Below, one piece after another: positions 20,865 through 28,987 of a DNA stretch of 64,000 nt. The stretch spans positions 2,130,328 through 2,194,327 of the forward strand of contig CAWETI010000003.1 in NCBI GenBank assembly GCA_963812015.1. Direction: 5' to 3'. A model generated the notes under the pieces. That model did not search any database, was not told the origin of the DNA, and worked only from the letters and a program-made list of their open reading frames with translations. The first letter of the stretch is position 1. The number at the start of each line of letters is the position of its first letter. Origin of the DNA: an uncultured delta proteobacterium. Its GTDB lineage: Bacteria; Desulfobacterota; Desulfobaccia; Desulfobaccales; 0-14-0-80-60-11. The position numbers and the translations under genes were made by a program.

Positions 20865-21287
20865 TTAGGCATCTTCTTTGCTCGGTTGCGCCGCAAAAAG
20901 GTTCCGTTGCCGGGGTTCGCCTCTGACAATCTTCTCCCTGGGGGGGGCCTGGGGTGCCTCACCCTCATTAATCTTGCGTTTGTTGCTGCTTTTTGAAGCC
21001 TCCGCCAACAGATTCCAATCGCATGCCAGACAACGGGGCCGCTGTTCATCGTCGGGGGCAAAGCAGCAACCGCCGCACTTTGGGCAGTAGCAGCATAAGA
21101 AGTCCACCACTTCAGGCTTATTGGCCTTTACCTGGGCCAAGAGGGGCCTCACTTGGGCCGGGTCCAGCTTGCCATCGCCCTCATATTTTGCTTTGATGGT
21201 GGCACCTGTCAGCGTGAACTTATAGCCCAGGCTGGCCAACGTTTGCACCGCTGCAATGCCGGGGTTGGTTTTCATTAAAGCCTCCAT
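20865..21287 (-). CDS. Hypothetical protein with Cys clusters (satellite accessory)
   Basis: CPKCGGCC and CLAC; directly downstream of the primase. Confidence 0.6.
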   Translation of the reverse strand: MEALMKTNPGIAAVQTLASLGYKFTLTGATIKAKYEGDGKLDPAQVRPLLAQVKANKPEVVDFLCCYCPKCGGCCFAPDDEQRPRCLACDWNLLAEASKSSNKRKINEGEAPQAPPREKIVRGEPRQRNLFAAQPSKEDA

Positions 21288-21319
21288 AGCGGTCTGCCTC
21301 GGGTCCGGGAAACACCGGA

Positions 21320-21410
21320 TGCAGACATTGCAGACATTGAGTTTTCAATGTCTGCGTCCTCTACCCTTAGCCATTCCTGGGTTTGCAGACATTGCAGACA
21401 TTGCAGACAT
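21320..21410. repeat. Iteron cluster B (TGCAGACAT 9-mers, direct and inverted)
   Basis: TGCAGACAT at 21320, 21329, 21384, 21393, 21402; inverted AATGTCTGC at 21347. Confidence 0.85.
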
Positions 21411-21472
21411 TGTTCTCAGTAAGTCTCCGGGGTTGATGCCAGCTTCCTCTTCAATGCCGTGATGAGGTTCCA

Positions 21473-24400
21473 TTAGATTTCTACCTCCTTGAAGTCCTGG
21501 TGGTTGCCCAGCTTCAATGCCTCCACCACCCTCTGAGATATAGCCTCATCCCAGGCTGCAAGTATCTTGATCGACTCCATGGCATCGAAAGCCGGGCAGG
21601 AATGGAGTTCGTCAGGGTACAGAAAAAGCTGACTATTCCAGGACCGTGGGTAAAGACGGCAAGAGCCCTTCTCGCCAGTTTTTATGGGGCTCGACACATA
21701 ATGCTGGCACCATCCGCATTGAACAAGAGCATAAGACTCAACGGGGTTATCACCAACCAGATCCCCGGGCTCAGGGCCACTATCACCCCGGGGAGGTACG
21801 ACCACACATTCCGGAACTTCTTGCCAATTGAGTGACGGGCTAAATTTTTCGGAGATACTCTCACCCATGTCTGCAATGTCTGCAATGTCTTGAGACCCAC
21901 TACTGGCAAAGTTTTCCGGTTGCAGACATTCCTTTTCCGACGTCTGCAATGTCTGCTTTGAGTTTCCAATATCTGCATCCCGATCCTGAGTTTGCAGACT
22001 TTGCTTGATAAAGTTCTCCGATTGTTGATCCCATTCCAGGCACTTTGCCGCCCGATGGCCATTAGCATCATGTTTATCCGGAGAAATGGTCAGCTTCACG
22101 GCCCTGATTACCGCCCCCATGCCCTTCGGCGTCTCGATCTTGTGGATATTGGGAGCAATCAAGTTGTAATGCTTATGAATGAATCCAATAGCCAGGCGCC
22201 CGTTTTCCAGATGGGGCCGCAATTGATCCAAGGTACGGGCCAGCAGCCGGGACCGCTCCGAGATTTCCACAGGGACATAGTCCTCGTTCTCGATCAGCCG
22301 AAGGGCATCCTGAACCTGGCCCAGGTAGAAGTGAACGGTCTTAATGCCCCGCTCCAAATCTTCAAGAGACAGCACTGTCCCAGGAACCCCCCCTTGGGAG
22401 AATATCTGTATACAGTTAATTATCCCGGTGAGACGCAGGACGTATTCGGCAGCCTTAGGCACAAACCCACGAAGTTGCGCCGGGAGTCGGTCTTTGCAAG
22501 AGACCAGTTGATTCCGCCAGTCAAAAAATCTTCCCTGAGCCTCCGAGGAAAGTATCATCCGGGCCGGTTTCTCAATCTTCCCCTCCCGGGCATAGATTTG
22601 CCCATCTACCCAATCCATAGCCCGATTAAGAACCGTTTCCCACTTCTCCCGGTCACGATCTGACCACGATTCCATGGTCAGGTCATAATACGTCGGGGGT
22701 TCACAGGTCATCAGGAAACGGAACAAAGTGCCGTCTGAGAGGTACAGGCCGTCCTCCCCGGCAAAGAAGGTCTTAAAGACCTTGGGTTGGACCCCTCCAA
22801 AGATGGAGACCCGCGCCCCATTGAGGTACACAGTCCTCCCTGCCCTTACAATCCTTGCTGGATGTCCATCATGGAGGGCCAGCCAGGCTTCCCGATCGGT
22901 GCCTTTTGATTTGTATTGGTTCTGTCCGCTAAGAAAGGCACTAATTTCATCTTGGATCACCACGATTCCACCGTGGGGGGAGTTAACCAAATCGTCTCTC
23001 AATCCTTCCAGGGTCAGGTCCGACACAAAGTACCCTCTGGGGGGCGCAGGTGGCGGTTGTTGATCCCTCTCCTTACGGGGCAACCGTTTGTAATCGTCCA
23101 TTGCTTCCCTGTAGCAGATTTCCTCCTTCCTCTGGGCTTCATTAACAGGTCTGGCCATCAAGCGGACGGGTGGGGTCTTCCCCTCCCCCGACTCCCGGAT
23201 GTCCATGTGCCAGAGGATCAATGGAGCATCCCAGCCCTCCTTGGGCGAGACCAACAGCGTCCTTCCTATAATGGAGCCCATCAGACAGAATCCCGCCCCT
23301 GGGAGGGCGGACGAGGAGGTAGCGCAAGCTCTGCCCAGTTGTTGAAGGCTGTCGGCAATGTCAGACGGTAGCGCTTCCCAGGGGAAGGGGATGCGTGGAA
23401 CCAACTGGGCGGAAAAATCCCAGGCCGTTTTCTGTTGCTCGTCTCGTGGCAACGGCGCCGCTTCTCGGGTCGCCCCGCCGTTGCAGCCAGGCTCATACCC
23501 GCCACTCCGGCCGCTGGTAAAATTTCCTAATTTCGCATCGCCGCTGATGATCTGCCGTGCCTCTGCCCAGATGCGGCCCTTGCAGGAATTGTGAAAGCAC
23601 TGGTAATAAAGAAGACCATCCGCCGCCTGGCCGATAGCAGCCTCACCGTCGGCGTGGGTCGAGTCGAAGATGCAATGCTCCAGACAATAAAGGGTAGCGC
23701 CGCCCTGGGGCTTCACCTGTAGGACTTCCACGTTGTAGTGGTGGAGGTATGCCTCGAGGTCGAAGTGACCACTCATCTGCCCATGGGGGGGTGTCTTGGG
23801 AGTATCTTTAGGTTCAGCCTCGCCGGCAATTTTCTCCAGGAGTTCAACGGGAACGGGGATCCTGGCTTCGGGCAGGGAAATGATCCTGGCCAGCCGGTGC
23901 GGCCGGTCTTGGGTATCGTCACCTTTCCTGGCCATCGTGCCGTATAGCTTTGTCAGCCGGGCCGGGTTAAATACCGCCTGGTCAAGGTCCAGGCCACGCG
24001 CTACCAACTGGTCTGCATATCGCCGCGCCAAGCCAGCCAGCACCGCCTTTAATAAAGCTATGTTTTCCTCACTGGGGGCCAGGTCAACGGGGTAAATCAA
24101 ATGTCCCCCGTTGCCAGAGTCCCCCGACAGGGGTTCAGTCCAGCCCTCTTTTTCAAGGTCGGCGCGGATAACTTCGCCCATTGCCAGCGCCGCTTCGTGC
24201 TCTTGGTCTGTACTGGATACGCCCGCAGGCCGAATCGGGTCCAGGTCAATCAGCAGGTTTTTGATATGCGAAATTTCCGCGTCTTTCGTCCGGTCCACTT
24301 GGGCTTTTAGCCGTTCGTTCGCCCTGCCCAAAAGTGCTTCCTGGCATGGGTTCAGGGTTATATAAACCCCTGCGGCCTTAATCTGTGGCGCCAACTGCGC

Positions 24401-24607
24401 CACTTTCCAATGGTCCCGGTACCAGCCGGCTACAATAGCTTTTTTGCCGCCAGCGTAACCTTCCCACGCCCTGCTTTTCGGATCTTTTGGGGCGATAATA
24501 CATAGTTCGAAAACCGCGCCGTCAGGGTGCAGGAAGGTCAAGGTTTGCCCGATGATGGCTTTGGAGTCCAGGAGGGGCTTCTGAAGGTTAGGGGGCACCT
24601 TTGTCAT
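21473..24607 (-). CDS. Replication protein: AEP-like primase-polymerase fused to DUF3987 (YfjI-like) helicase domain
   Basis: LLIDLDP, DSGNGGHLIY, CFHNSC Zn motif; ESGEGKTP Walker A, DLTLEGL, QDEISAFL, IFGGVQP, DGTLFRFL. Confidence 0.85.
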   Translation of the reverse strand: MTKVPPNLQKPLLDSKAIIGQTLTFLHPDGAVFELCIIAPKDPKSRAWEGYAGGKKAIVAGWYRDHWKVAQLAPQIKAAGVYITLNPCQEALLGRANERLKAQVDRTKDAEISHIKNLLIDLDPIRPAGVSSTDQEHEAALAMGEVIRADLEKEGWTEPLSGDSGNGGHLIYPVDLAPSEENIALLKAVLAGLARRYADQLVARGLDLDQAVFNPARLTKLYGTMARKGDDTQDRPHRLARIISLPEARIPVPVELLEKIAGEAEPKDTPKTPPHGQMSGHFDLEAYLHHYNVEVLQVKPQGGATLYCLEHCIFDSTHADGEAAIGQAADGLLYYQCFHNSCKGRIWAEARQIISGDAKLGNFTSGRSGGYEPGCNGGATREAAPLPRDEQQKTAWDFSAQLVPRIPFPWEALPSDIADSLQQLGRACATSSSALPGAGFCLMGSIIGRTLLVSPKEGWDAPLILWHMDIRESGEGKTPPVRLMARPVNEAQRKEEICYREAMDDYKRLPRKERDQQPPPAPPRGYFVSDLTLEGLRDDLVNSPHGGIVVIQDEISAFLSGQNQYKSKGTDREAWLALHDGHPARIVRAGRTVYLNGARVSIFGGVQPKVFKTFFAGEDGLYLSDGTLFRFLMTCEPPTYYDLTMESWSDRDREKWETVLNRAMDWVDGQIYAREGKIEKPARMILSSEAQGRFFDWRNQLVSCKDRLPAQLRGFVPKAAEYVLRLTGIINCIQIFSQGGVPGTVLSLEDLERGIKTVHFYLGQVQDALRLIENEDYVPVEISERSRLLARTLDQLRPHLENGRLAIGFIHKHYNLIAPNIHKIETPKGMGAVIRAVKLTISPDKHDANGHRAAKCLEWDQQSENFIKQSLQTQDRDADIGNSKQTLQTSEKECLQPENFASSGSQDIADIADMGESISEKFSPSLNWQEVPECVVVPPRGDSGPEPGDLVGDNPVESYALVQCGWCQHYVSSPIKTGEKGSCRLYPRSWNSQLFLYPDELHSCPAFDAMESIKILAAWDEAISQRVVEALKLGNHQDFKEVEI
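21867..22001. repeat. Iteron cluster A inside the primase gene
   Basis: ATGTCTGCA at 21867 and 21876, partial at 21885; GTCTGCAATGTCTGC 21942-21956; ATATCTGCA near 21969; opposite-orientation TGCAGACATT 21921 and TGCAGACTT 21993. Confidence 0.85.
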
Positions 24608-24858
24608 GCGTCCGTCCCCAGGCCCTGCACATAAGCCTCGACGGCCAGCTTCGTGAAACGGACCCCACCGGCCGCTCGCACGGCCTTAATCGGAAATGTG
24701 CCCAGGCTCAGTTGATTCCTGATTGTTTTTTGAGAGAGGTTGAGGACATCCGCCACTTCAGGGATGCTGAGAAGAGCCCGCCGGGAGAGCTTCAGGTCAG
24801 ACCGGAGCTGCCGGAGCTCGGATAGGACCGCGGCCAGGGTGGGCTCTTGGGTTTTCAC
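24604..24858 (-). CDS. Excisionase/AlpA-like HTH protein
   Basis: LLSIPEVADVLNLSQKTIRNQLSLGTFP...VRF; GTG start overlapping the upstream TGA. Confidence 0.8.
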   Translation of the reverse strand: MKTQEPTLAAVLSELRQLRSDLKLSRRALLSIPEVADVLNLSQKTIRNQLSLGTFPIKAVRAAGGVRFTKLAVEAYVQGLGTDA

Positions 24859-25058
24859 GGCTGGGCCTCCCCGCCCGGCCATAGGTCCGCCGGGTTAACC
24901 CCCAAAACTGCACCCAGCGCTTCTGCTTCCTCCGGGGTAGGTTGCGTCACATTTCTTTCGATGCGAGAGTATCGTGGCTGCGGAATTCCGGTTCGGGCCG
25001 CAACTTCTCTCTGAGGCAAGTCACGTAACACCCGTTCGATTCTCAAAATGCTTGCCAT
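24855..25058 (-). CDS. XRE/Cro-family HTH regulator
   Basis: LPQREVAARTGIPQPRYSRIERN...LGAVLGV; start MASIL after AAGGGG. Confidence 0.85.
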   Translation of the reverse strand: MASILRIERVLRDLPQREVAARTGIPQPRYSRIERNVTQPTPEEAEALGAVLGVNPADLWPGGEAQP

Positions 25059-25150
25059 ATTTAACCCCTTCAATGCAAATGATGAGGTTAAATTAATTCA
25101 AACAAGAAAAAGGGGAAAGACGTAAAAAAGGTATTACCAAAAATGCGGGG

Positions 25151-25870
25151 TTATTTGGGGATGGGGAGTGATTGTCTGCTTTGTAAAGACACTTCCTCAA
25201 TCCAGGCCTCAACCTTTAAAATGGCTCTTGCGACAAATTCTTTTTGGCCACGCTCTTTGTCCAAATGATTGAGTTTATCCTTTAATGCTGCAATAATCTG
25301 CCTTGGCTTACTACCTTGTTTATGGAGTTCGAAAACCTCAAATTCCAGATCATTAGGGGGATTAGCTGGCCTATCAACGATCTCTAATGGTTTTAATTCA
25401 TGGATCATCGCCTTTATTTCAGCGTCAATCGTGGTAGACCGCTCCCTCAAATCAATTCGAATAGTGAGGTAGCCATCTTCCAGGCTTAACAGGGATACTG
25501 CCTTGCCACCATCTTTTAGGAGGGTGTGCGACGGCCAATCTGCCATATTCCCTGGCATTTGAAGTAATTGCTCAAAAGTCAGAGGAATGGACAGGCCATA
25601 TTTAAGCTGTAATTCCAACCCTTCAGGCGAACGATTCATAAATTCAGTCCAAAATGCAAGATTATGCCCATTGAGCCAAGTCAGGAGATCATCAGGATTG
25701 TTAAGACTTTCTCCAGGCGGGAAAAATTTCCCGTATTTTTTTAATGCATATTGGGCTGCCTTCTCAAGTTTTTCCTTTTGAAAATCGGGATTGAGCCTTA
25801 GGCCCTTGATCACAGCCTCAGCTCTTTGCCGCCGTTCTTCCTTAATCTGCTTTTCTGTCTTGGCTCCCAT
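25151..25870 (-). CDS. Hypothetical protein with possible C-terminal HTH (element regulator)
   Basis: 239-aa ORF, SD GGGGAGAGG; EVFELHKQGSKPRQII HTH-like segment. Confidence 0.65.
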   Translation of the reverse strand: MGAKTEKQIKEERRQRAEAVIKGLRLNPDFQKEKLEKAAQYALKKYGKFFPPGESLNNPDDLLTWLNGHNLAFWTEFMNRSPEGLELQLKYGLSIPLTFEQLLQMPGNMADWPSHTLLKDGGKAVSLLSLEDGYLTIRIDLRERSTTIDAEIKAMIHELKPLEIVDRPANPPNDLEFEVFELHKQGSKPRQIIAALKDKLNHLDKERGQKEFVARAILKVEAWIEEVSLQSRQSLPIPK

Positions 25871-25902
25871 CGCCGCCTCTCCCCGCAGCTCTCCAAGAGG
25901 TT

Positions 25903-25967
25903 GACCCCCAGGGCGGTGGAGATGAACCGCCCTGTCCCCTCGGTGATCAGCCGGCGGTTAGGGGGCC
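25903..25967 (-). ncRNA. Candidate structured cis-regulatory leader RNA
   Basis: Minus strand: closing stem GGCCCCC/GGGGGTC enclosing hairpins CGG-CTGATCA-CCG and CAGGGCGGT-TCATCTCC-ACCGCCCTG. Confidence 0.5.
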
Positions 25968-26004
25968 AAATTTTATATCTACTCTACCACAAAAAACTAT
26001 GATG

Positions 26005-26140
26005 TTTGGTCAACAAATATTCCTCTATCAGGACAGAGCAACGTATATTTTTAATTGGGAGTCCGTTGCTCGCCAGGGTCAGAACTTGGTCAACATTTGG
26101 TCAACAACTATCCAAAAATAACCCTCCATTTCCCTCCATT
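26005..26140. repeat. Integrase arm-type-like direct repeats left of the att core
   Basis: TTGGTCAACA x3 (26006, 26086, 26097); CCCTCCATTT x2 (about 26122-26141). Confidence 0.6.
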
Positions 26141-26237
26141 TCCCGGTATGTCCTGTTTTATGCGGTGATGGTATAAGCCCTTGATATTCCTTTATCCTTG
26201 GCTATCCTTGGGCTTCCTTAAATCTCCCTGCCCAAGA

Positions 26238-26283
26238 ACTTCTAATCCGTCGGTCGGAGGTTCGAATCCTCCCAGGCGCGCCA
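26238..26283 (+). other. att core: 3' half of tRNA-Arg(UCU), not an intact tRNA
   Basis: ACTTCTAATCCGTCGGTCGGAGGTTCGAATCCTCCCAGGCGCGCCA: anticodon loop CTTCTAA, T-arm GGAGG-TTCGAAT-CCTCC, CCA end; upstream lacks the 5' anticodon stem, D-arm and 5' acceptor strand. Confidence 0.9.
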
Positions 26284-26294
26284 GTAATTACAAT

Positions 26295-26320
26295 GGGTTA
26301 GCATAATAGCTAACCCTTTT
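26295..26320 (+). terminator. Intrinsic terminator after the tRNA 3' end
   Basis: GGGTTAGC-ATAATA-GCTAACCC-TTTT. Confidence 0.8.
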
Positions 26321-26570
26321 GTATTCCTGCATACGAATAATTTACCACTTAATTACCACCTTCAACATGACGCCGTTAAACGTGACGCCGTGCCTGGAAG
26401 GGGGTGGCTCTCAACCACCCTGGCAAATAACAGTGACCCAAGATTAAACCGAAGTTTGACCACGGCTGGTTTTAGCCCGTGTAAAGATATTTTCAAATTG
26501 AAGGACATGTAGTAGGGTGAAAGATAGTAAATTTACAATGAATTCTCCAAAAATGGGATAGGGAAACTTT

Positions 26571-26869
26571 ATGGCAAAAGACGAATACGAAGCCATTAAA
26601 AAAATAATGGAGGACAAAGAGCTTGCCGACGAAATGGAGAAGGTTAGCCCTGGGATGAAAGCCCAAATGGCAGGCTATTTGCTTAGTCCCTGGTTGCCAC
26701 ACGGAGGAATCAGAAAAATATTAATGATTATCATTGCACTGGTTGCGCTTGTCAGTGGTGGCGTGTATGGTAAAAAACTATTTTTCTTGCTTCTTCTAAT
26801 ATTATTTTTTTCTCCCCGAGGATCGTAGCGGAAGTAGCCATGTTTATAGGTAGAATTTCTGGAAAATAA
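26571..26869 (+). pseudogene. Small membrane protein, probably frameshifted near 26810-26820
   Basis: Two TM segments ending LFFSPRGS*; the shifted frame after the T/C runs reads PRIVAEVAMFIGRISGK* to 26869. Confidence 0.45.
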
Positions 26870-26927
26870 TATCAGAAATTATATGTTAGTTTATCTGCCT
26901 ATACATTAACATGGCTGAGGTGTAATA

Positions 26928-28001
26928 ATGAACGAAATTAATAATAATTCATTAAATTATTCAACTCTGGCCAATAATATTTTTGAAAAAGTAAAATATC
27001 CAGCTTCAGAAATTGATATTATGAATTTGGCAAAAAATATCAGGCTATTAGAAGAAAGAGGGCTAACTAAGCTAAATCGTCGTCTTATTGAAGGCGGGAG
27101 GAAAGTTTGGGATACTTTTTCAGAGCACAATTTTGCTGTTAAGTTGATTTCCCAACACAATGATGAAACTCCTATCAGTTATGAACCTGAAGAATTATCC
27201 CCTCCACCAGATTTTAAAATTGTAATTTCGGGGCTAACTTATTGGGTGCAAATGAAAAGACTCTCTAATTTGGAGAGAGAAAACCGCCAAGAAAAAATTG
27301 GGCGAACTATAAAAATTAAAGCAAAAGAGATTAATATTGGAAAATTTTTTGGTTGCTATGTATCGAATAAATTTTCTGAAACAGATATTCCAGAATTTAT
27401 GAAATTCATTGCCGACAATGCGAACCAATCTATTGAAGGTAAAGAAGTCTCTTTCCATAATGATAAAGACCAAAAAGCTAAGGTAGATTATTGGTATCCT
27501 AATAAGTCGAAAATATCATATCTTACCCTTGGTGCTTTCGGTGATATGGACGCTGTCAATGAAACAGGACTTGCAAGAAGCCAAATAAAACAGAGCTTGG
27601 AAAATGCTTCTGGTGCTTTTACGTGGGACGTTGATCAATATAAAATAATTCTGGTTGCTATTGACTCTGATAAGCATAATGATATAGACATTTGTGATGC
27701 TATTTTTGGAACAGAATTTGAAATGGACAGGTTGACCCCGGATTGGTTTTATTCAAGCTGGAGTCGTAAAAATGATGGTTTTTTTGATTTACCCAATTTA
27801 TCAAAAAAAATTGCTGGTGTAATTGCAATGAGAAGGACAGAACGGAATAAACCAGTTGCTAATTACTTTTTTATGCTTTTTATTAATGATAATTTTAAGG
27901 ACCGCATTGATGATCTGAAAAACCTACTTTTCTTCAAGAAGGTTATTTATCGTAACATGAGACCTGCTATGGGCGGGAATGGATATTTTGAATTAGCATA
28001 A
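26928..28001 (+). CDS. AT-rich hypothetical protein with PD-(D/E)xK-like nuclease signature
   Basis: 357-aa ORF, SD GAGGTG; SEHNFA...PPDFKIVISGLTYWVQMKR. Confidence 0.6.
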   Translation: MNEINNNSLNYSTLANNIFEKVKYPASEIDIMNLAKNIRLLEERGLTKLNRRLIEGGRKVWDTFSEHNFAVKLISQHNDETPISYEPEELSPPPDFKIVISGLTYWVQMKRLSNLERENRQEKIGRTIKIKAKEINIGKFFGCYVSNKFSETDIPEFMKFIADNANQSIEGKEVSFHNDKDQKAKVDYWYPNKSKISYLTLGAFGDMDAVNETGLARSQIKQSLENASGAFTWDVDQYKIILVAIDSDKHNDIDICDAIFGTEFEMDRLTPDWFYSSWSRKNDGFFDLPNLSKKIAGVIAMRRTERNKPVANYFFMLFINDNFKDRIDDLKNLLFFKKVIYRNMRPAMGGNGYFELA

Positions 28002-28090
28002 ACCGCCCCGCAGGAGCCCCGGAACCGGTGCTTGTTGCTCCCTTTATTAACTTTCAGGGGAAGGTTAATGAAGCCGCCTTTCACTATCTT

Positions 28091-28134
28091 CTATTTATCA
28101 GCAGGTTTTTTGCCCCGTGAAATATTTTGATATA
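28091..28134 (+). repeat. 44-bp direct repeat, copy 1
   Basis: CTATTTATCAGCAGGTTTTTTGCCCCGTGAAATATTTTGATATA; 42/44 identical to copy 2. Confidence 0.9.
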
Positions 28135-28309
28135 GCTGATTGTGAAAAGAGGAATGTTGGTTCGGCTTTCGGTAGGCTTTTTGAGGGTATAGGCGGGGGT
28201 GATCTATCGGTCCTCTTTGGTCAAAATGGCCTGTGTTTGACAGAAAACCGAATTTCCGCATCTTACGCGGATCAATCTAATTATTGTTGGCCATAGAAAG
28301 GAAAGAAGA

Positions 28310-28825
28310 ATGAACGATGAACCTGCCCCTGAATCCGATCTCCTGGTCCGGTTAGAGTCCCTTACGAATAGGAGCATGGGAGTGTCCTATCGAGATTTTG
28401 AACGTCTACTCAGAGAGGGTAATGCCTCTATCCCCGTCTCTCACCTGCACCAAGTTCTCAATTTTGCGTGTGATCAAATGGGCTTTTGGGAGGCTGAGTG
28501 GTTTTTCTCTCCTGCGCATTCTCCCAATACCGTTGCGAAAATAGAAATGGAGGGGTGGCGAATACTGTGGCAGGGAATTTTCAATATTCTTGTGGAGAAT
28601 GTCCCGGATACTAGAGACCTGCTTGAGCAAGAGCAACAGCTAAGATTATTTGGGCACTCATTGCGGCGGGGAGTAGAATACAATGAAACAAAACCCTTCA
28701 GAAAGCTCACAGCAATTGTGCTTTCTCAGGCGTCTTTTGTATTTAACAAGATTGGCTTCCACAGCATTGCAAGAAACCTGTACGCATGGGGCTTATACCC
28801 TAAAGGGACAGTTGCCCGCCCTTAA
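28310..28825 (+). CDS. Hypothetical protein, 171 aa
   Basis: ORF with SD AAAGGAAAG; lies between the two direct repeats. Confidence 0.65.
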   Translation: MNDEPAPESDLLVRLESLTNRSMGVSYRDFERLLREGNASIPVSHLHQVLNFACDQMGFWEAEWFFSPAHSPNTVAKIEMEGWRILWQGIFNILVENVPDTRDLLEQEQQLRLFGHSLRRGVEYNETKPFRKLTAIVLSQASFVFNKIGFHSIARNLYAWGLYPKGTVARP

Positions 28826-28922
28826 TGCCCTTATTTCTGGCGTTCCCCTTCTCCCTTCCTTTCGCTACACCGCCACGGAATCCTCATGCCCCTCGACTGA
28901 GTAATCCCCGATAAAATAACTA

Positions 28923-28966
28923 CTATTTATCAGCAGGTTTTTAGACCCGTGAAATATTTTGATATA
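28923..28966 (+). repeat. 44-bp direct repeat, copy 2
   Basis: CTATTTATCAGCAGGTTTTTAGACCCGTGAAATATTTTGATATA. Confidence 0.9.
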
Positions 28967-28987
28967 ATTATAAATAGGAATTGTGGT

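Larger units (their letters stand above)
19300..26283 (-). mobile_element. Degenerate phage-satellite-like / integrative element ending at a tRNA-Arg att site; no integrase in window
   Basis: Co-oriented HTH, Xis/AlpA and primase-DUF3987 genes; iteron clusters; lower GC; right boundary at tRNA 3' half. Left boundary approximate. Confidence 0.75.

Noticed and set aside
21320..21410. CRISPR array
   Set aside because: Repeats are 9-mers in both orientations without unique spacers of regular length; no cas genes
26029..26043. CAGGACAGAGCAACG as the displaced 5' part of the tRNA (split or intron-containing tRNA)
   Set aside because: It resembles a D-arm 3' segment but lacks the acceptor strand and AGCTCAG, and the intervening 195 bp shows no group I intron features; likely chance
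26208..26283. Intact tRNA-Arg gene
   Set aside because: Only the anticodon loop to CCA is present; the 5' acceptor strand, D-arm and 5' anticodon stem are missing
26870..28930. Integron attC sites around the AT-rich genes
   Set aside because: GTT-like triplets occur upstream of the genes, but there are no matching RYYYAAC...GTTRRRY palindromes and no intI
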